Origin: an uncultured Candidatus Saccharibacteria bacterium
GTDB taxonomy: Bacteria > Patescibacteriota > Saccharimonadia > Saccharimonadales > CAYLGV01
Direction: 5' to 3'
DNA: 64,000 nucleotides
NCBI GenBank assembly: GCA_964394925.1
Contig: CAYMZG010000002.1
Location: 20,947 to 84,946, forward strand
Under the pieces are notes generated by a model that searched no databases, was not told where the DNA came from, and saw only the letters and a list, made by a program, of their open reading frames with translations. Each line of letters opens with the position of its first letter. The stretch's first letter is position 1. Positions 9,150 to 19,781 of the stretch are shown here, in pieces. Made by a program: the position numbers and the translations under genes.

Positions 9150-9947
9150 CTAACGTTGGTAAATATCGCGCTTCAGAAATATCACAGCCGACACCAAGAG
9201 AAAGACTGCCGAGACACCAAGCATCACCCACACATTGGTGGCGTGCAGGCCGTTAGCGGCAATACCAGGATTGTTGTAGTAATGGAACGGTGATAGCCGC
9301 TCAATTGTTTTGATGCCGCTCACGCTGGGCGCAAACGAGGTAAGCAAGTAGGTCGAAAAGGCGATCAACCCAGCAATACTACCCGAGAAGCCACGGCGAC
9401 CGCTAACAGCACCAATAGCAAAGCCAAGACTACCGAACAAGAACACAAGTAGCCACACACCTAAGGCAGCTTCGATAAGCCGCATAAAACTCATAGTTTC
9501 GTGAATAAGAATAAGCCCTACCCACACACCTACAACCGCCGTCATACAGATCACCAGGCTAACCACAATACCTGCCGCTAACTTTTCGATGTATACCTTA
9601 AAGCGTGAGACGGGTTGTGATAGCGCTGTTTGCAAGGTGCCCTCACCCTCCTCACCAGCGAGCAAGCCAGTAAATAGCATAATGCTCATAACCATCAGGA
9701 GCAGTGGCACGCGCAGTCCAAAGACTTCTTGCGACACATAACCAGGCACTGTTTTGAGCGAGCTCACATCACCAACAAGGCCCTTCATAGATTCGGGAAG
9801 ATTCTTCAGCGCTTCGTCGAATTGGCCACCCGAAAATGAGTGGTAAAAGGCCATCATGAGCAGGCACATACCAATCACGCCCAAACCCCAGAAAACGATT
9901 GACCAACGCTGTTGATACAGTGTTTTGGTAAAGATCGACTTAAACAT
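9150..9947 (-). CDS. ABC-2 family transporter permease
   Basis: 265 aa, 6 TM, immediately downstream of and overlapping the ABC ATPase gene by 8 nt. Confidence 0.7.
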   Translation of the reverse strand: MFKSIFTKTLYQQRWSIVFWGLGVIGMCLLMMAFYHSFSGGQFDEALKNLPESMKGLVGDVSSLKTVPGYVSQEVFGLRVPLLLMVMSIMLFTGLLAGEEGEGTLQTALSQPVSRFKVYIEKLAAGIVVSLVICMTAVVGVWVGLILIHETMSFMRLIEAALGVWLLVFLFGSLGFAIGAVSGRRGFSGSIAGLIAFSTYLLTSFAPSVSGIKTIERLSPFHYYNNPGIAANGLHATNVWVMLGVSAVFLLVSAVIFLKRDIYQR

Positions 9948-10833
9948 GATCGACCTCCTGGTAGTAGTGCATAAAGATCGACTCTAGATCAGCCTCGGTA
10001 ATGGTCACGTTTTGCACCTTATGTTTGGCCAGCAAACCAAGCACCACATTAATGTCGCCTGTCGATGTAAACTCAGTGTACTCATTGGTAGCATTTTGTA
10101 GCTTGGTGCCCTTTATTTTGCCAAGTTGCTCGAGTAGTTTCTTGTCTTTAGTGGTCACCCGAATATATCTGGTTGAGGTATCGGTTAGTTCCTTCATAGT
10201 CTTTGTAGCAACCAGCTCACCTTCACGAATGAAGGCCACATTATCACACAACGCTTCGACTTCGCTTAACACATGCGAAGAAATAAAAGCCGTTTTACCC
10301 GCTGCCTTGTGCTCAGCAATGATCTTGTTAAATTCAGCTTGCATGAGCGGGTCTAATCCACTCGTAGGTTCATCAAAAATAAGCAGCTCAGGCCTATGCA
10401 TGAGAGCTGAAATAAGTCCCACTTTTTGCCGATTACCACGTGATAAGTTCTTAAAGCGCTTGCTCAGATCACACTCTAGTCGGTCAGCCAGTTCCTGAAT
10501 ATATGCCTTATCGAAGCTACCGCGCAGGCTACCGTAGTACTTCAGCTGTTGCCAACCACTCAGGTCTTTGTCGAGCGCGAAATCACCTGCCAAAAAACCG
10601 ATGCGCTTACGGATCTCCACGCCTTGTTTGCGCGTATCCATGCCAAAAATTGTAATGTCGCCCGAAGTTGGTCGGATCAGATCCATCAGCATGCTAATGG
10701 TGGTGGTCTTACCCGCACCGTTAGGGCCAAGAAAACCCGTCACTTCACCCTCTTTTACGCTGAGGTTCAGATCACTCACGCCACGGCTCGTGCCATACAT
10801 CTTGGTCACGTGCTTGAGTTCAATAACTGCCAT
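9940..10833 (-). CDS. ABC transporter ATP-binding protein
   Basis: 297 aa; Walker A 'GPNGAGKTT', signature 'LSRGNRQKV', Walker B 'LLIFDEPTSGLD'. Confidence 0.85.
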   Translation of the reverse strand: MAVIELKHVTKMYGTSRGVSDLNLSVKEGEVTGFLGPNGAGKTTTISMLMDLIRPTSGDITIFGMDTRKQGVEIRKRIGFLAGDFALDKDLSGWQQLKYYGSLRGSFDKAYIQELADRLECDLSKRFKNLSRGNRQKVGLISALMHRPELLIFDEPTSGLDPLMQAEFNKIIAEHKAAGKTAFISSHVLSEVEALCDNVAFIREGELVATKTMKELTDTSTRYIRVTTKDKKLLEQLGKIKGTKLQNATNEYTEFTSTGDINVVLGLLAKHKVQNVTITEADLESIFMHYYQEVDHV

Positions 10834-10848
10834 ATTTGTATTGTACGC

Positions 10849-11304
10849 CTATGCGGGTTGAGCCTTGGTTTTTAACTCACTGAGGCGCGGAATAAAACTC
10901 TGAGCGGCGCCGTCAAGCCCGAGTACTTTCAGACTGCCAATCAGAACATACAAGGCATCGAGTTCGGCTTGTTCGAGCATGCTGGCCTGCTCAGCCTGCG
11001 TAAAACGGTGTTCAACTTTATCAACAAGCCACTTCTCTTCGTGCGGCTTGATCTCATTCGTTTGCAGCGGCGGGGTTTCGGACGTTTGAATCACCTCGAG
11101 CGAGCGCGCCGAATTGTCACGCTTTTTCAAATGACCACGCTTAATAAGACTATTTACATGTAATGCCACCGTAGCCACCGAGTTATAGCCCTGCCCAGCC
11201 ATGACTTCACGGTAACTGGGGCTGTAGCCGTGCTCGGCAATGAACGTTTCAATAAATGTCAGCAGCTCTTTTTGCTTTTTGGTAGGGCGAACAACCTCAG
11301 GCAT
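10849..11304 (-). CDS. LexA N-terminal DNA-binding-domain protein (wHTH regulator lacking the S24 peptidase domain)
   Basis: 151 aa; 'KKQKELLTFIETFIAEHGYSPSYREVMAGQGYNSVATVALHVNSLIKRGHL' matches the LexA_DNA_bind fold; no Ser/Lys peptidase region follows. Confidence 0.5.
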   Translation of the reverse strand: MPEVVRPTKKQKELLTFIETFIAEHGYSPSYREVMAGQGYNSVATVALHVNSLIKRGHLKKRDNSARSLEVIQTSETPPLQTNEIKPHEEKWLVDKVEHRFTQAEQASMLEQAELDALYVLIGSLKVLGLDGAAQSFIPRLSELKTKAQPA

Positions 11305-11857
11305 GACTTCTCCTTATGTTACTTTTACGTTTTGTAACGGTTTGCTTAGTGGTTTTCTTAGCCTTGCGTACATAGGCGGCGTGTCCGTGTGGGCGATGCG
11401 CTACATATGGTGCGTGCGGGCGTGGCTTTGGCTGTGACTTTTTCTTTACAAACTTCTCGGGGAAAACCCAGTACTTGTACCAGAAGTAGTTCCACACAGT
11501 GAAGAAGCCCGACGAAATAAACTGGCCGATGTACGGTGTAATTCCGACTGTTTTAAGGCCAAATACAATCAGATAATCCAGCACGAAATCGGTGAGCGTA
11601 ATAAAGATGTAACGGCCCGTAACCTCGGTTTGATGTTTCTTCAGTTCGGGGTTTCGGAATACCCAATAGCGTTGCAGCAAATAGTTAACTGTCCAGCCGA
11701 CGAGTGTTGAGATAGACTTCGCCCAAAAGAAGCTCGATTGAAAGCCTTTATCGAAGATAAAAAAAGTTAGGTAGCCCGACCAAAAATAGGCGCCACCACT
11801 GATCATATATTCGGTGAAACGCTTTATTTCTTTGGTTTGTTTTTTCTGAAGTTTCAT
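11297..11857 (-). CDS. GtrA-family polysaccharide-synthesis membrane protein
   Basis: Start taken at the internal Met (MKLQKK); 4-TM GtrA-like topology ('YMISGGAYFWSGYLTFFIF', 'YLLQRYWVFR'); Lys-rich C-terminal tail. Confidence 0.65.
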   Translation of the reverse strand: MKLQKKQTKEIKRFTEYMISGGAYFWSGYLTFFIFDKGFQSSFFWAKSISTLVGWTVNYLLQRYWVFRNPELKKHQTEVTGRYIFITLTDFVLDYLIVFGLKTVGITPYIGQFISSGFFTVWNYFWYKYWVFPEKFVKKKSQPKPRPHAPYVAHRPHGHAAYVRKAKKTTKQTVTKRKSNIRRSHA

Positions 11858-11944
11858 AATGCTTCTGCTTCTTGATAGATAGTATAGCATCGGGGTGGCG
11901 CCTGTACACATTTTGTTTGGAGGGGCTCGGTTTATAGTGCCAGA

Positions 11945-11981
11945 GGAAAGCCAAGAACAATTGTTCTTCTGGCGGCTTTCC
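11945..11981. repeat. 37-bp palindromic element, copy 2 (inverted orientation relative to copy 1)
   Basis: GGAAAGCCAAGAACAATTGTTCTTcTGGCGGCTTTCC; differs from the reverse complement of copy 1 at a single position; lies in the divergent intergenic region between the GtrA gene and the sugar transferase gene. Confidence 0.8.
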
Positions 11982-12031
11982 GGACCCTACAAGTAAAATG
12001 CGTACAGACGGTGATACAATAGTCACCAGAT

Positions 12032-13450
12032 ATGAAGAACAACGCCTCGGCTGTTTTCTCACTGTTTCTGATTGTCGGTGACTTCTTGGCATTAGTGGCC
12101 GCCTTTGCTGTGGCCTACTTTATGCGCTTCCGTTGGTTCGCCACACCCGGCACATCGACTGTCGCTGGACGTACTTACATTATTACTATTATTAGTGTGT
12201 TGCCGCTTTGGATTCTGGTAAATGGGCTGCTCGGCCTCTATAACCAGAGTGTTTATGATCGCCGCTTCCGCGAGATTGGCCGCCTGCTATTTGGTTCGTT
12301 CCTCGGCATTCTCATGGTGATTGGTTATGACTTTATGACAGAGGGCAAGCTGCTGCCTGGCCGCCTCGTGCCACTGTACGGCCTCATTATTGGCTTCACG
12401 TTTTTGGTTATTTTCCGCTCAATTGCCCGCTGGATCCGACATGCCCTGTTTAATTACGGTGTGGGCATCAGTAATATTTTGATTGTTGGTGACACGGCCG
12501 CCAGTTCCGAAATAGCCCGTATTATGTCTGATACGCGTAACACGGGGGTACGTATTGCCGGCATCGTGGACCATGACTCAAAAGATAAGTTCAAACACTT
12601 TAACAGCTTTGCCGAAGCGCTAGAGCAACTTGCCGAGGCACCGCACGGTATTATTCAGACCGAGCTGTACAAGTCTGCCGAACGTAACGACGAAATTCTA
12701 CAGTACGCCCAGACCAATCACATTTCGTACCGCTTTGTGCCTGGTAATAGTGATCTATTTGTTGGCAATATCACGGTTGAATTATTTGCAGGGCTGCCTG
12801 TTATTGCAGTGCACCAAACGCCGCTTATTGGCTGGGGACGCATCTTAAAACGCCTGTTTGACCTCGTTATAAGCCTCTGTTTACTTATTTTCTTGGCGCC
12901 ATTCCTTTTATTGATCGCTATTGTAAATAGAATTTGGGGTGGCGGTGTGTTCTTCAGGCAAGATCGCCTTACCCGTTTCAATAACACCTTCCGAGTTTAC
13001 AAATTCCGTACGCAATACAAGAAATATGACGGCACCACACCCGAAGAAGCCTTTGAGATGATGGGAAAACCAGAGCTAGCAAAAACGTACCGTGCTAATG
13101 GTGACTTTCTCGACAAAGATCCTCGTATCACTCCAATTGGACGCTTCCTGCGTAAAACCAGCTTAGACGAATTGCCCCAACTCATTAATGTCCTTAGGGG
13201 TGATATAAGTTTGGTGGGGCCCCGAGCGCTTATCCCTCAAGAACTGAATAAGTACGAGAAACGTCATAAGATCCTGAGCGTAAAGTCCGGATTAACTGGC
13301 CTGGCGGTGATTTCAGGGCGCAGGGATATCAGTTTCGAGGAGCGCCGTACGATTGATATGTATTATGTTCAGAATTGGTCATTTTGGCTTGATATCACCA
13401 TTTTACTTCGCACTATTCGTATTGTTATAAACGGCTCTGGAGCAAAGTAA
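12032..13450 (+). CDS. Polyprenyl-phosphate glycosyl-1-phosphate transferase (bacterial sugar transferase, WbaP/CpsE-like initiating enzyme)
   Basis: 472 aa; N-terminal TM region; C-terminal '[14 protein letters not shown]...[21 protein letters not shown]' bacterial sugar transferase domain. Confidence 0.85.
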   Translation: MKNNASAVFSLFLIVGDFLALVAAFAVAYFMRFRWFATPGTSTVAGRTYIITIISVLPLWILVNGLLGLYNQSVYDRRFREIGRLLFGSFLGILMVIGYDFMTEGKLLPGRLVPLYGLIIGFTFLVIFRSIARWIRHALFNYGVGISNILIVGDTAASSEIARIMSDTRNTGVRIAGIVDHDSKDKFKHFNSFAEALEQLAEAPHGIIQTELYKSAERNDEILQYAQTNHISYRFVPGNSDLFVGNITVELFAGLPVIAVHQTPLIGWGRILKRLFDLVISLCLLIFLAPFLLLIAIVNRIWGGGVFFRQDRLTRFNNTFRVYKFRTQYKKYDGTTPEEAFEMMGKPELAKTYRANGDFLDKDPRITPIGRFLRKTSLDELPQLINVLRGDISLVGPRALIPQELNKYEKRHKILSVKSGLTGLAVISGRRDISFEERRTIDMYYVQNWSFWLDITILLRTIRIVINGSGAK

Positions 13451-13454
13451 TCTC

Positions 13455-14567
13455 ATGCAGGCTAATGCGCCGAAAGCCGAGCCGCACCGAATCGCCATTG
13501 TGCATGACTGGCTAATTGCGGGTGGGGCTGAACAGGTAGTTGCTGCCCTTCACGAAATGTATCCAGGGGCGCCGATCTATACGTCGTATGCGACTGATGA
13601 GTGGCGTGAACGCCTCGATGGCAAAGTTGTAACGGGTTTTTTGCAGCATTTCCCACGCCTGCGCAAATATGTACCCTTCTTGCGTGCCTGGTGGTTCTCG
13701 CATTTAGATCTGTCTGGTTACGACCTAGTAATTAGTACTTCTGGGGCCGAAGCGAAAGGCATACGTGTGCCTGCTGGCGTAAAACATATCAATTATTGTC
13801 ACGCCCCAACACATTACTACTGGAGCCGTTATGACTCCTATATGGAAAACCCGGGCTTTGGCCCTTTCGACTGGCTAGCCCGGCTTGGCCTACGCCTGCT
13901 GGTTGGGCCAATGCGTCGCTGGGATTACAAAGCCGCCCAGCGCCCCGACGTTATGATTGCTAATTCTACACACATTGCCCATGAGATTAAGAAGTACTAT
14001 GGCCGCGACGCACAGGTTATATTCCCTCCAGTCGATGTCGAGAAGTTTGCTCCCGCTTCCGGCAGCAGACCAGTTAAGCGACACGGGTTTATTATTACTG
14101 GCCGGCAAACACCCTATAAGCGCGTCGACCTTGCTGTGTTGGCATGCTCGAAGCTCAACCTACCGTTAACCGTATACGGCACGGGGCCCGAGCACGAAAA
14201 GCTCAAAGCCATGGCCGGCCCAAGTGTAACGTTTGCGGGTTGGGCCGCTCGCGAAGATGTAACGAAGGGTTTGCAGACGGCCGAAGCGTTTTTGTTCCCT
14301 GGTGTTGACGATTTTGGCATTGCTCCCGTTGAAGCCCTAGCGGCTGGCACACCGGTTATTGCCTACAAAGCTGGTGGTGCCCTGGATTACGTGAAGCCAG
14401 GTGTAACCGGTGAGTTTTTTGAGAAGCAGACGGTTGAAAGCTTAATGGAATGCCTTAAGGCTTTTTCACTAACAGATTTCAAACCGGCTGAAATCTCAGA
14501 AAGCTCTAAACAGTTTAATGTCGCAATCTTTCAAAAGCATATGCGGCATTTGATAAACTCTGGGTAG
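13455..14567 (+). CDS. Glycosyltransferase family 4 (GT-B, group 1)
   Basis: 370 aa; C-terminal 'FPGVDDFGIAPVEALAAGTPVIAYKAGGALDYVKPGVTGEFFE' E-x7-E type motif. Confidence 0.75.
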   Translation: MQANAPKAEPHRIAIVHDWLIAGGAEQVVAALHEMYPGAPIYTSYATDEWRERLDGKVVTGFLQHFPRLRKYVPFLRAWWFSHLDLSGYDLVISTSGAEAKGIRVPAGVKHINYCHAPTHYYWSRYDSYMENPGFGPFDWLARLGLRLLVGPMRRWDYKAAQRPDVMIANSTHIAHEIKKYYGRDAQVIFPPVDVEKFAPASGSRPVKRHGFIITGRQTPYKRVDLAVLACSKLNLPLTVYGTGPEHEKLKAMAGPSVTFAGWAAREDVTKGLQTAEAFLFPGVDDFGIAPVEALAAGTPVIAYKAGGALDYVKPGVTGEFFEKQTVESLMECLKAFSLTDFKPAEISESSKQFNVAIFQKHMRHLINSG

Positions 14568-14632
14568 ATAAGACTTGCTATAACACGTGTTTCTATAGAC
14601 AATGGCTGTATCAAGGAATCCTGGCAAAACAT

Positions 14633-15607
14633 ATGAAGAAATCAATTGCTGGCATAAATGGCTTTGGTCGCTTCGGGCTTCATTTGCTGCGATACTGGTC
14701 TGAACAAATAGACTCGGCAAGGTTTTCAATAAACTACATTAATGATTGCCGTCTTAGTCTTGCCGATATAGAGGCAATACTAGCCACTGATCGATATTTT
14801 TCTAATCATAACTACACGTTTGAAGAAAATGCTATACTTATTCACTTAAAGAATGGCTCAACTCATCGAGTTGAGTATACCAATGACAGTGATAGTGATA
14901 TAGCCTGGGTAGATAATGTTGAGTTATTTTTTGAATGTAGTGGCCAGCATACGGCTAATGATGATGCGCGACTCTTTATTGGCAAAAGAACACGCCATGT
15001 GCTCGTCTCTGCCACCATTGGCAAGCCAGATTTCATAGCTATTTATGGCTATAATCACCGAGAGTTACCAAGAGATCGTCACTTATTGTCGTATGGTTCA
15101 TGTACGGTAAATGCTTATGTGCCGATTGCCGCAATGATCAATGATGAGTTTGGGGTTATCGACAGCGATGTTAATGTTATCCATAATGTTCCTGAATACC
15201 AGTTGCAGAACTTTGACACGCTTAAACGTAAAGCATGCACCTTGCAGGCTGCTGCTCCAATGTTGTTGCCATTCATACACAACGACAACTTCTTAGTGAA
15301 TTACACCCTTGTACCTTATAGCAACGTATCAATAATGGACTTTCGCTTCAGGCTCCAAAACCATAAAGACAGGGATATCAAACAAGCTTTACTGCAAGGC
15401 ATAAGTGGTGGTGTATTAAATGACCTGTACGGGGTTGTGCAGAATGATAATGGCCCAGAAGAACATAAATTTACCACCGCTTCGGCTGTACTTGTAGAGT
15501 CGAGTATTCAACTTGTTGGTGACAATCTTTATTTTCAGGCATATTTTGATAATGAGAACTCGGTAAATAGATACTTTGATATAGGAAACTACCTAGCAAA
15601 TGGATGA
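14633..15607 (+). CDS. Divergent glyceraldehyde-3-phosphate-dehydrogenase-family (GAPDH-fold) dehydrogenase
   Basis: 324 aa; 'GINGFGRFG' NAD-binding start, catalytic-Cys block 'SCTVNAYVPIAAMINDEFGV', 'NVIHN', 'AYFDNENS' all align to GAPDH landmarks; markedly AT-rich relative to neighbours. Confidence 0.6.
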   Translation: MKKSIAGINGFGRFGLHLLRYWSEQIDSARFSINYINDCRLSLADIEAILATDRYFSNHNYTFEENAILIHLKNGSTHRVEYTNDSDSDIAWVDNVELFFECSGQHTANDDARLFIGKRTRHVLVSATIGKPDFIAIYGYNHRELPRDRHLLSYGSCTVNAYVPIAAMINDEFGVIDSDVNVIHNVPEYQLQNFDTLKRKACTLQAAAPMLLPFIHNDNFLVNYTLVPYSNVSIMDFRFRLQNHKDRDIKQALLQGISGGVLNDLYGVVQNDNGPEEHKFTTASAVLVESSIQLVGDNLYFQAYFDNENSVNRYFDIGNYLANG

Positions 15608-16334
15608 ATTAATGACCGAAAAAGTTGATGTGATCTTATTGTGTGGCGGTAAAGGTACGCGTCTACGTGATCTCATAAACGACAATCTGCCAAAATCACT
15701 GTTTAGGGTTGGTGGGCAAGAGTTGATACGGTACAGTCTCGATTCACTTGATGCACCATGTATCGAGAATGTAGTATTCGCGGTTGACTATCGAGCAGAG
15801 ATGATGAGCAATTGGCTGTCTGAGCAGTCATTTCCTTTCAATGTGCATCTCTCTAAACAGCGTAGACCGGGCATTACTGCAGCGATTGAAGCAGCTCTCC
15901 TTAAAACTGCAGCACCATTAATTGCTATTTGTAATACGGATGAGGTAAGGACTAATTTCACAATAACTCAACTATTAACCGCACATAGCACATTGGGCCA
16001 GCCCGCCATTATGTTGTCTACAATTAGTGGGAATTTATACCGACATCGAGTTTTGAATATTGATAACAGTGGCTTGATAATGAGCAGCGATTTGAAGGAT
16101 CAGCAATATAGAGAGAGGCCAGAGATTAGAGGTCTGGTGAACTGTGGTTTTTTATTATTTGAACGAAGTGCATTTGACTTGATCGATCTTGATCGGGGGG
16201 GAGACTGGGGTGCCCTTATTGACCCCCTTGTTGCACAACACAAAATGGCAGCATTGGAAATTGATAAAGTCAGATACTTCAATGTTGGTACGCCAGAGGA
16301 ATATGAGGAAGCCGAGAGCTACTTTACCTCGTAA
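15600..16334 (+). CDS. Sugar-phosphate nucleotidyltransferase (NTP_transferase family)
   Basis: 244 aa; 'VILLCGGKGTRLRDL...LPKSLFRVGG' nucleotidyltransferase signature; overlaps the upstream gene by 8 nt; AT-rich. Confidence 0.6.
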   Translation: MDELMTEKVDVILLCGGKGTRLRDLINDNLPKSLFRVGGQELIRYSLDSLDAPCIENVVFAVDYRAEMMSNWLSEQSFPFNVHLSKQRRPGITAAIEAALLKTAAPLIAICNTDEVRTNFTITQLLTAHSTLGQPAIMLSTISGNLYRHRVLNIDNSGLIMSSDLKDQQYRERPEIRGLVNCGFLLFERSAFDLIDLDRGGDWGALIDPLVAQHKMAALEIDKVRYFNVGTPEEYEEAESYFTS

Positions 16335-16366
16335 CGATTCTCTCTGTTACACTGTAAAGGGAACAA

Positions 16367-17725
16367 ATGGAGGGTCTCGTGGACGCATCAATCGCTGAAA
16401 TCTTTAAATCATATGATATACGCGGCAAGGTTGGCACACAGCTGACCACCGAAACTGTTCGAGATATTGCACGGGCCTACGCTGATTGGCTGCCAACCGA
16501 AGGGACGGTGGCAGTGGGCCACGACATGCGCCCTGACTCCGCCGAGTTGGCTCACGCTTTCATGGAAGGCTTGCAAGCACAAGGCTATGATGTGTGGGAT
16601 ATTGGCCTCGTTACGAGCGACATGATTTATTTCGCTGTTGGCAAATGGAACCTCGCCGGTGGCGCAGTCATTACGGCCAGCCACAACCCGGGCGCCGACA
16701 ACGGCATTAAGCTGTACCGTGATCAGGTTATAGCCGTTGGCTTAGATGCTGGGCTTGCCTCAATTCGAGATAAATATTTAGCCGCTGATTTTAAGCCCGC
16801 CGCCGAAAAGCCAGGGACCATTACGCAGAAATCGATCACTGATGATTGGGTTGAGCACTGTCTGAAGTTTGTTCATGAACTACCTGCTTTTAACATCGCC
16901 ATCGATGCTGGTAACGGCATGGCCGGTGAGATTTTGCCGCACATTTTGCCAAAACTTCCCCTAAAAGCACAGCAAATGTATTTCGAGCTAGACGGCACGT
17001 TTCCCAATCATGAGGCCAACCCCCAGGTTGTCGAGAATCTTCGAGATCTTATAAAAGTAGTGATTGATGAAGGCTATGATTTTGGCATTGCCTTCGACGG
17101 CGACGGCGACCGCGCAGTGTTTGTAGACGATAAAGGCCGCCCAGTGCTCGGCACTGATCTACTCACCATGATCGCTAAGTTGTACCTAAATAAATACCCC
17201 GGCAGCAAGATCGTGCATGATGTACGCACCAGCCGCGCCACTCAAGAGTTCATTCGTGAATTTGGTGGCGAGCCAGTTCGCACTAAAGCTGGTCGCGTTA
17301 ACATTGGCAGCCTCATGCGCGAAGTAGGTGCACCGTTTGGTGGTGAGACCACCGGGCACATGTTCTTTAAAGAGAACTATGACGCCGACTCGGGTTTAAT
17401 AACTGCTTTGGTTGGTATGCAGGCCCTGGCCAACAGTGGCAAAAAGCTTTCTGAATTGGTTGACTCATACCGTACCTACGTTATGGTACCCGAAATCAAT
17501 CTCCATACCAGTGTTAGCAAGGATGAGGTGTTTGCCAAACTCAAAGAACTGTTCGCCGAAGGTGAGTTCGACGAACTCGATGGCCTGACCGTAAACTATC
17601 CTGATTATTGGTTTAACTTACGGGCGAGTAACACCGAACCAGTTATGCGCTTGAATGCCGAGGCCAGAACACAAGCTCAGCTCGATGAAGTCGTTGCAAA
17701 AGTCACACAGGTAACGGGTCAGTAA
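16367..17725 (+). CDS. Phosphomannomutase/phosphoglucomutase (alpha-D-phosphohexomutase)
   Basis: 452 aa; active-site 'TASHNPGADNGIK', metal loop 'FDGDGDR'. Confidence 0.85.
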   Translation: MEGLVDASIAEIFKSYDIRGKVGTQLTTETVRDIARAYADWLPTEGTVAVGHDMRPDSAELAHAFMEGLQAQGYDVWDIGLVTSDMIYFAVGKWNLAGGAVITASHNPGADNGIKLYRDQVIAVGLDAGLASIRDKYLAADFKPAAEKPGTITQKSITDDWVEHCLKFVHELPAFNIAIDAGNGMAGEILPHILPKLPLKAQQMYFELDGTFPNHEANPQVVENLRDLIKVVIDEGYDFGIAFDGDGDRAVFVDDKGRPVLGTDLLTMIAKLYLNKYPGSKIVHDVRTSRATQEFIREFGGEPVRTKAGRVNIGSLMREVGAPFGGETTGHMFFKENYDADSGLITALVGMQALANSGKKLSELVDSYRTYVMVPEINLHTSVSKDEVFAKLKELFAEGEFDELDGLTVNYPDYWFNLRASNTEPVMRLNAEARTQAQLDEVVAKVTQVTGQ

Positions 17726-17753
17726 AGCGCCCTTTTGTTGCTATACTAAACAG

Positions 17754-18773
17754 ATGAATATATTAGTTACGGGTGGAACTGGTTATATAGGCTCCCATGT
17801 AGTTGTTGAGCTCGTAAATGCTGGGCACACCCCTATCATCGTCGATAACTTCAACAATTCACGCCCTGATGTTTTGCAAAACATCACTTCCATCATCGGC
17901 AACCAGCCAACCTTCTATGAGCACGACTACGCGGATGTTGAGTTCCTTAAACACCTTTTTGTAAAAGAAAACATAGAGGGAGTTATACACTTTGCAGCAT
18001 ATAAGGCTGTTGGTGAGTCGGTCGAAAAACCTATTAAATACTATAAGAATAACGTTGCTGGTTTAGTGGCACTACTTGAGGCAATGGAAGCATGCACCGT
18101 TCAGAACCTTGTATTTTCTTCTTCTTGTACGGTATATGGAGATACTGATGCCCAGCCACTCAATGAAGGATCTACTATTCAGCCGGCGAACTCACCATAT
18201 GGGTCAACAAAACAGATGGGTGAGCGGATTATTTCAGACGTAACTTCTGCCAGCAAGCAGCTAAAAAGTGTGTATCTGCGCTACTTTAACCCAATCGGAG
18301 CTCACCCTTCATCAAAGATCGGAGAGCTTCCTCTTGGGAGGCCAAGCAACTTAGTACCATTCCTAACACAGACAGTGGCAGGCTGGCATCAGGAACTTAC
18401 CGTGTTCGGGAATGACTATCCGACCATCGATGGAACCTGTGTCCGTGACTACATACATGTCATTGATCTCGCTAAGGCACATATTAAGGCAGTTGAATTC
18501 TTGTCGAAGAAAAAGCCAAGTTTCATTGATGTGTTTAATGTAGGGACCGGAAACGGCAAGAGTGTCCTGGAGGTCATAGAAGCCTTTGAAGCAGCTACAA
18601 ATGAGAAAGTACCGTATAAGATTGGGCCCCGTAGATCAGGTGATGTCGTAACCGCTTACGCAGATACAACAAAGATTAAGCAAGTACTGAGGTGGCATGC
18701 CGAAAAATCACTAGAAGATTGCCTCTTCGATGCATGGAACTGGCAGAAAACCCTAACCAAATCTGAGGTATAA
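17754..18773 (+). CDS. galE: UDP-glucose 4-epimerase
   Basis: 339 aa; 'ILVTGGTGYIGSH', 'YGSTK' SDR catalytic motif; GalE length. Confidence 0.8.
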   Translation: MNILVTGGTGYIGSHVVVELVNAGHTPIIVDNFNNSRPDVLQNITSIIGNQPTFYEHDYADVEFLKHLFVKENIEGVIHFAAYKAVGESVEKPIKYYKNNVAGLVALLEAMEACTVQNLVFSSSCTVYGDTDAQPLNEGSTIQPANSPYGSTKQMGERIISDVTSASKQLKSVYLRYFNPIGAHPSSKIGELPLGRPSNLVPFLTQTVAGWHQELTVFGNDYPTIDGTCVRDYIHVIDLAKAHIKAVEFLSKKKPSFIDVFNVGTGNGKSVLEVIEAFEAATNEKVPYKIGPRRSGDVVTAYADTTKIKQVLRWHAEKSLEDCLFDAWNWQKTLTKSEV

Positions 18774-18776
18774 TAA

Positions 18777-19780
<1,004 letters not shown>

Positions 19781-19781
<1 letters not shown>

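Noticed and set aside
10001-10498. 165-aa plus-strand ORF
   Set aside because: It lies entirely antisense inside the well-supported ABC ATPase gene and has a low-complexity Ser/Leu-rich translation, so it is a spurious shadow ORF.
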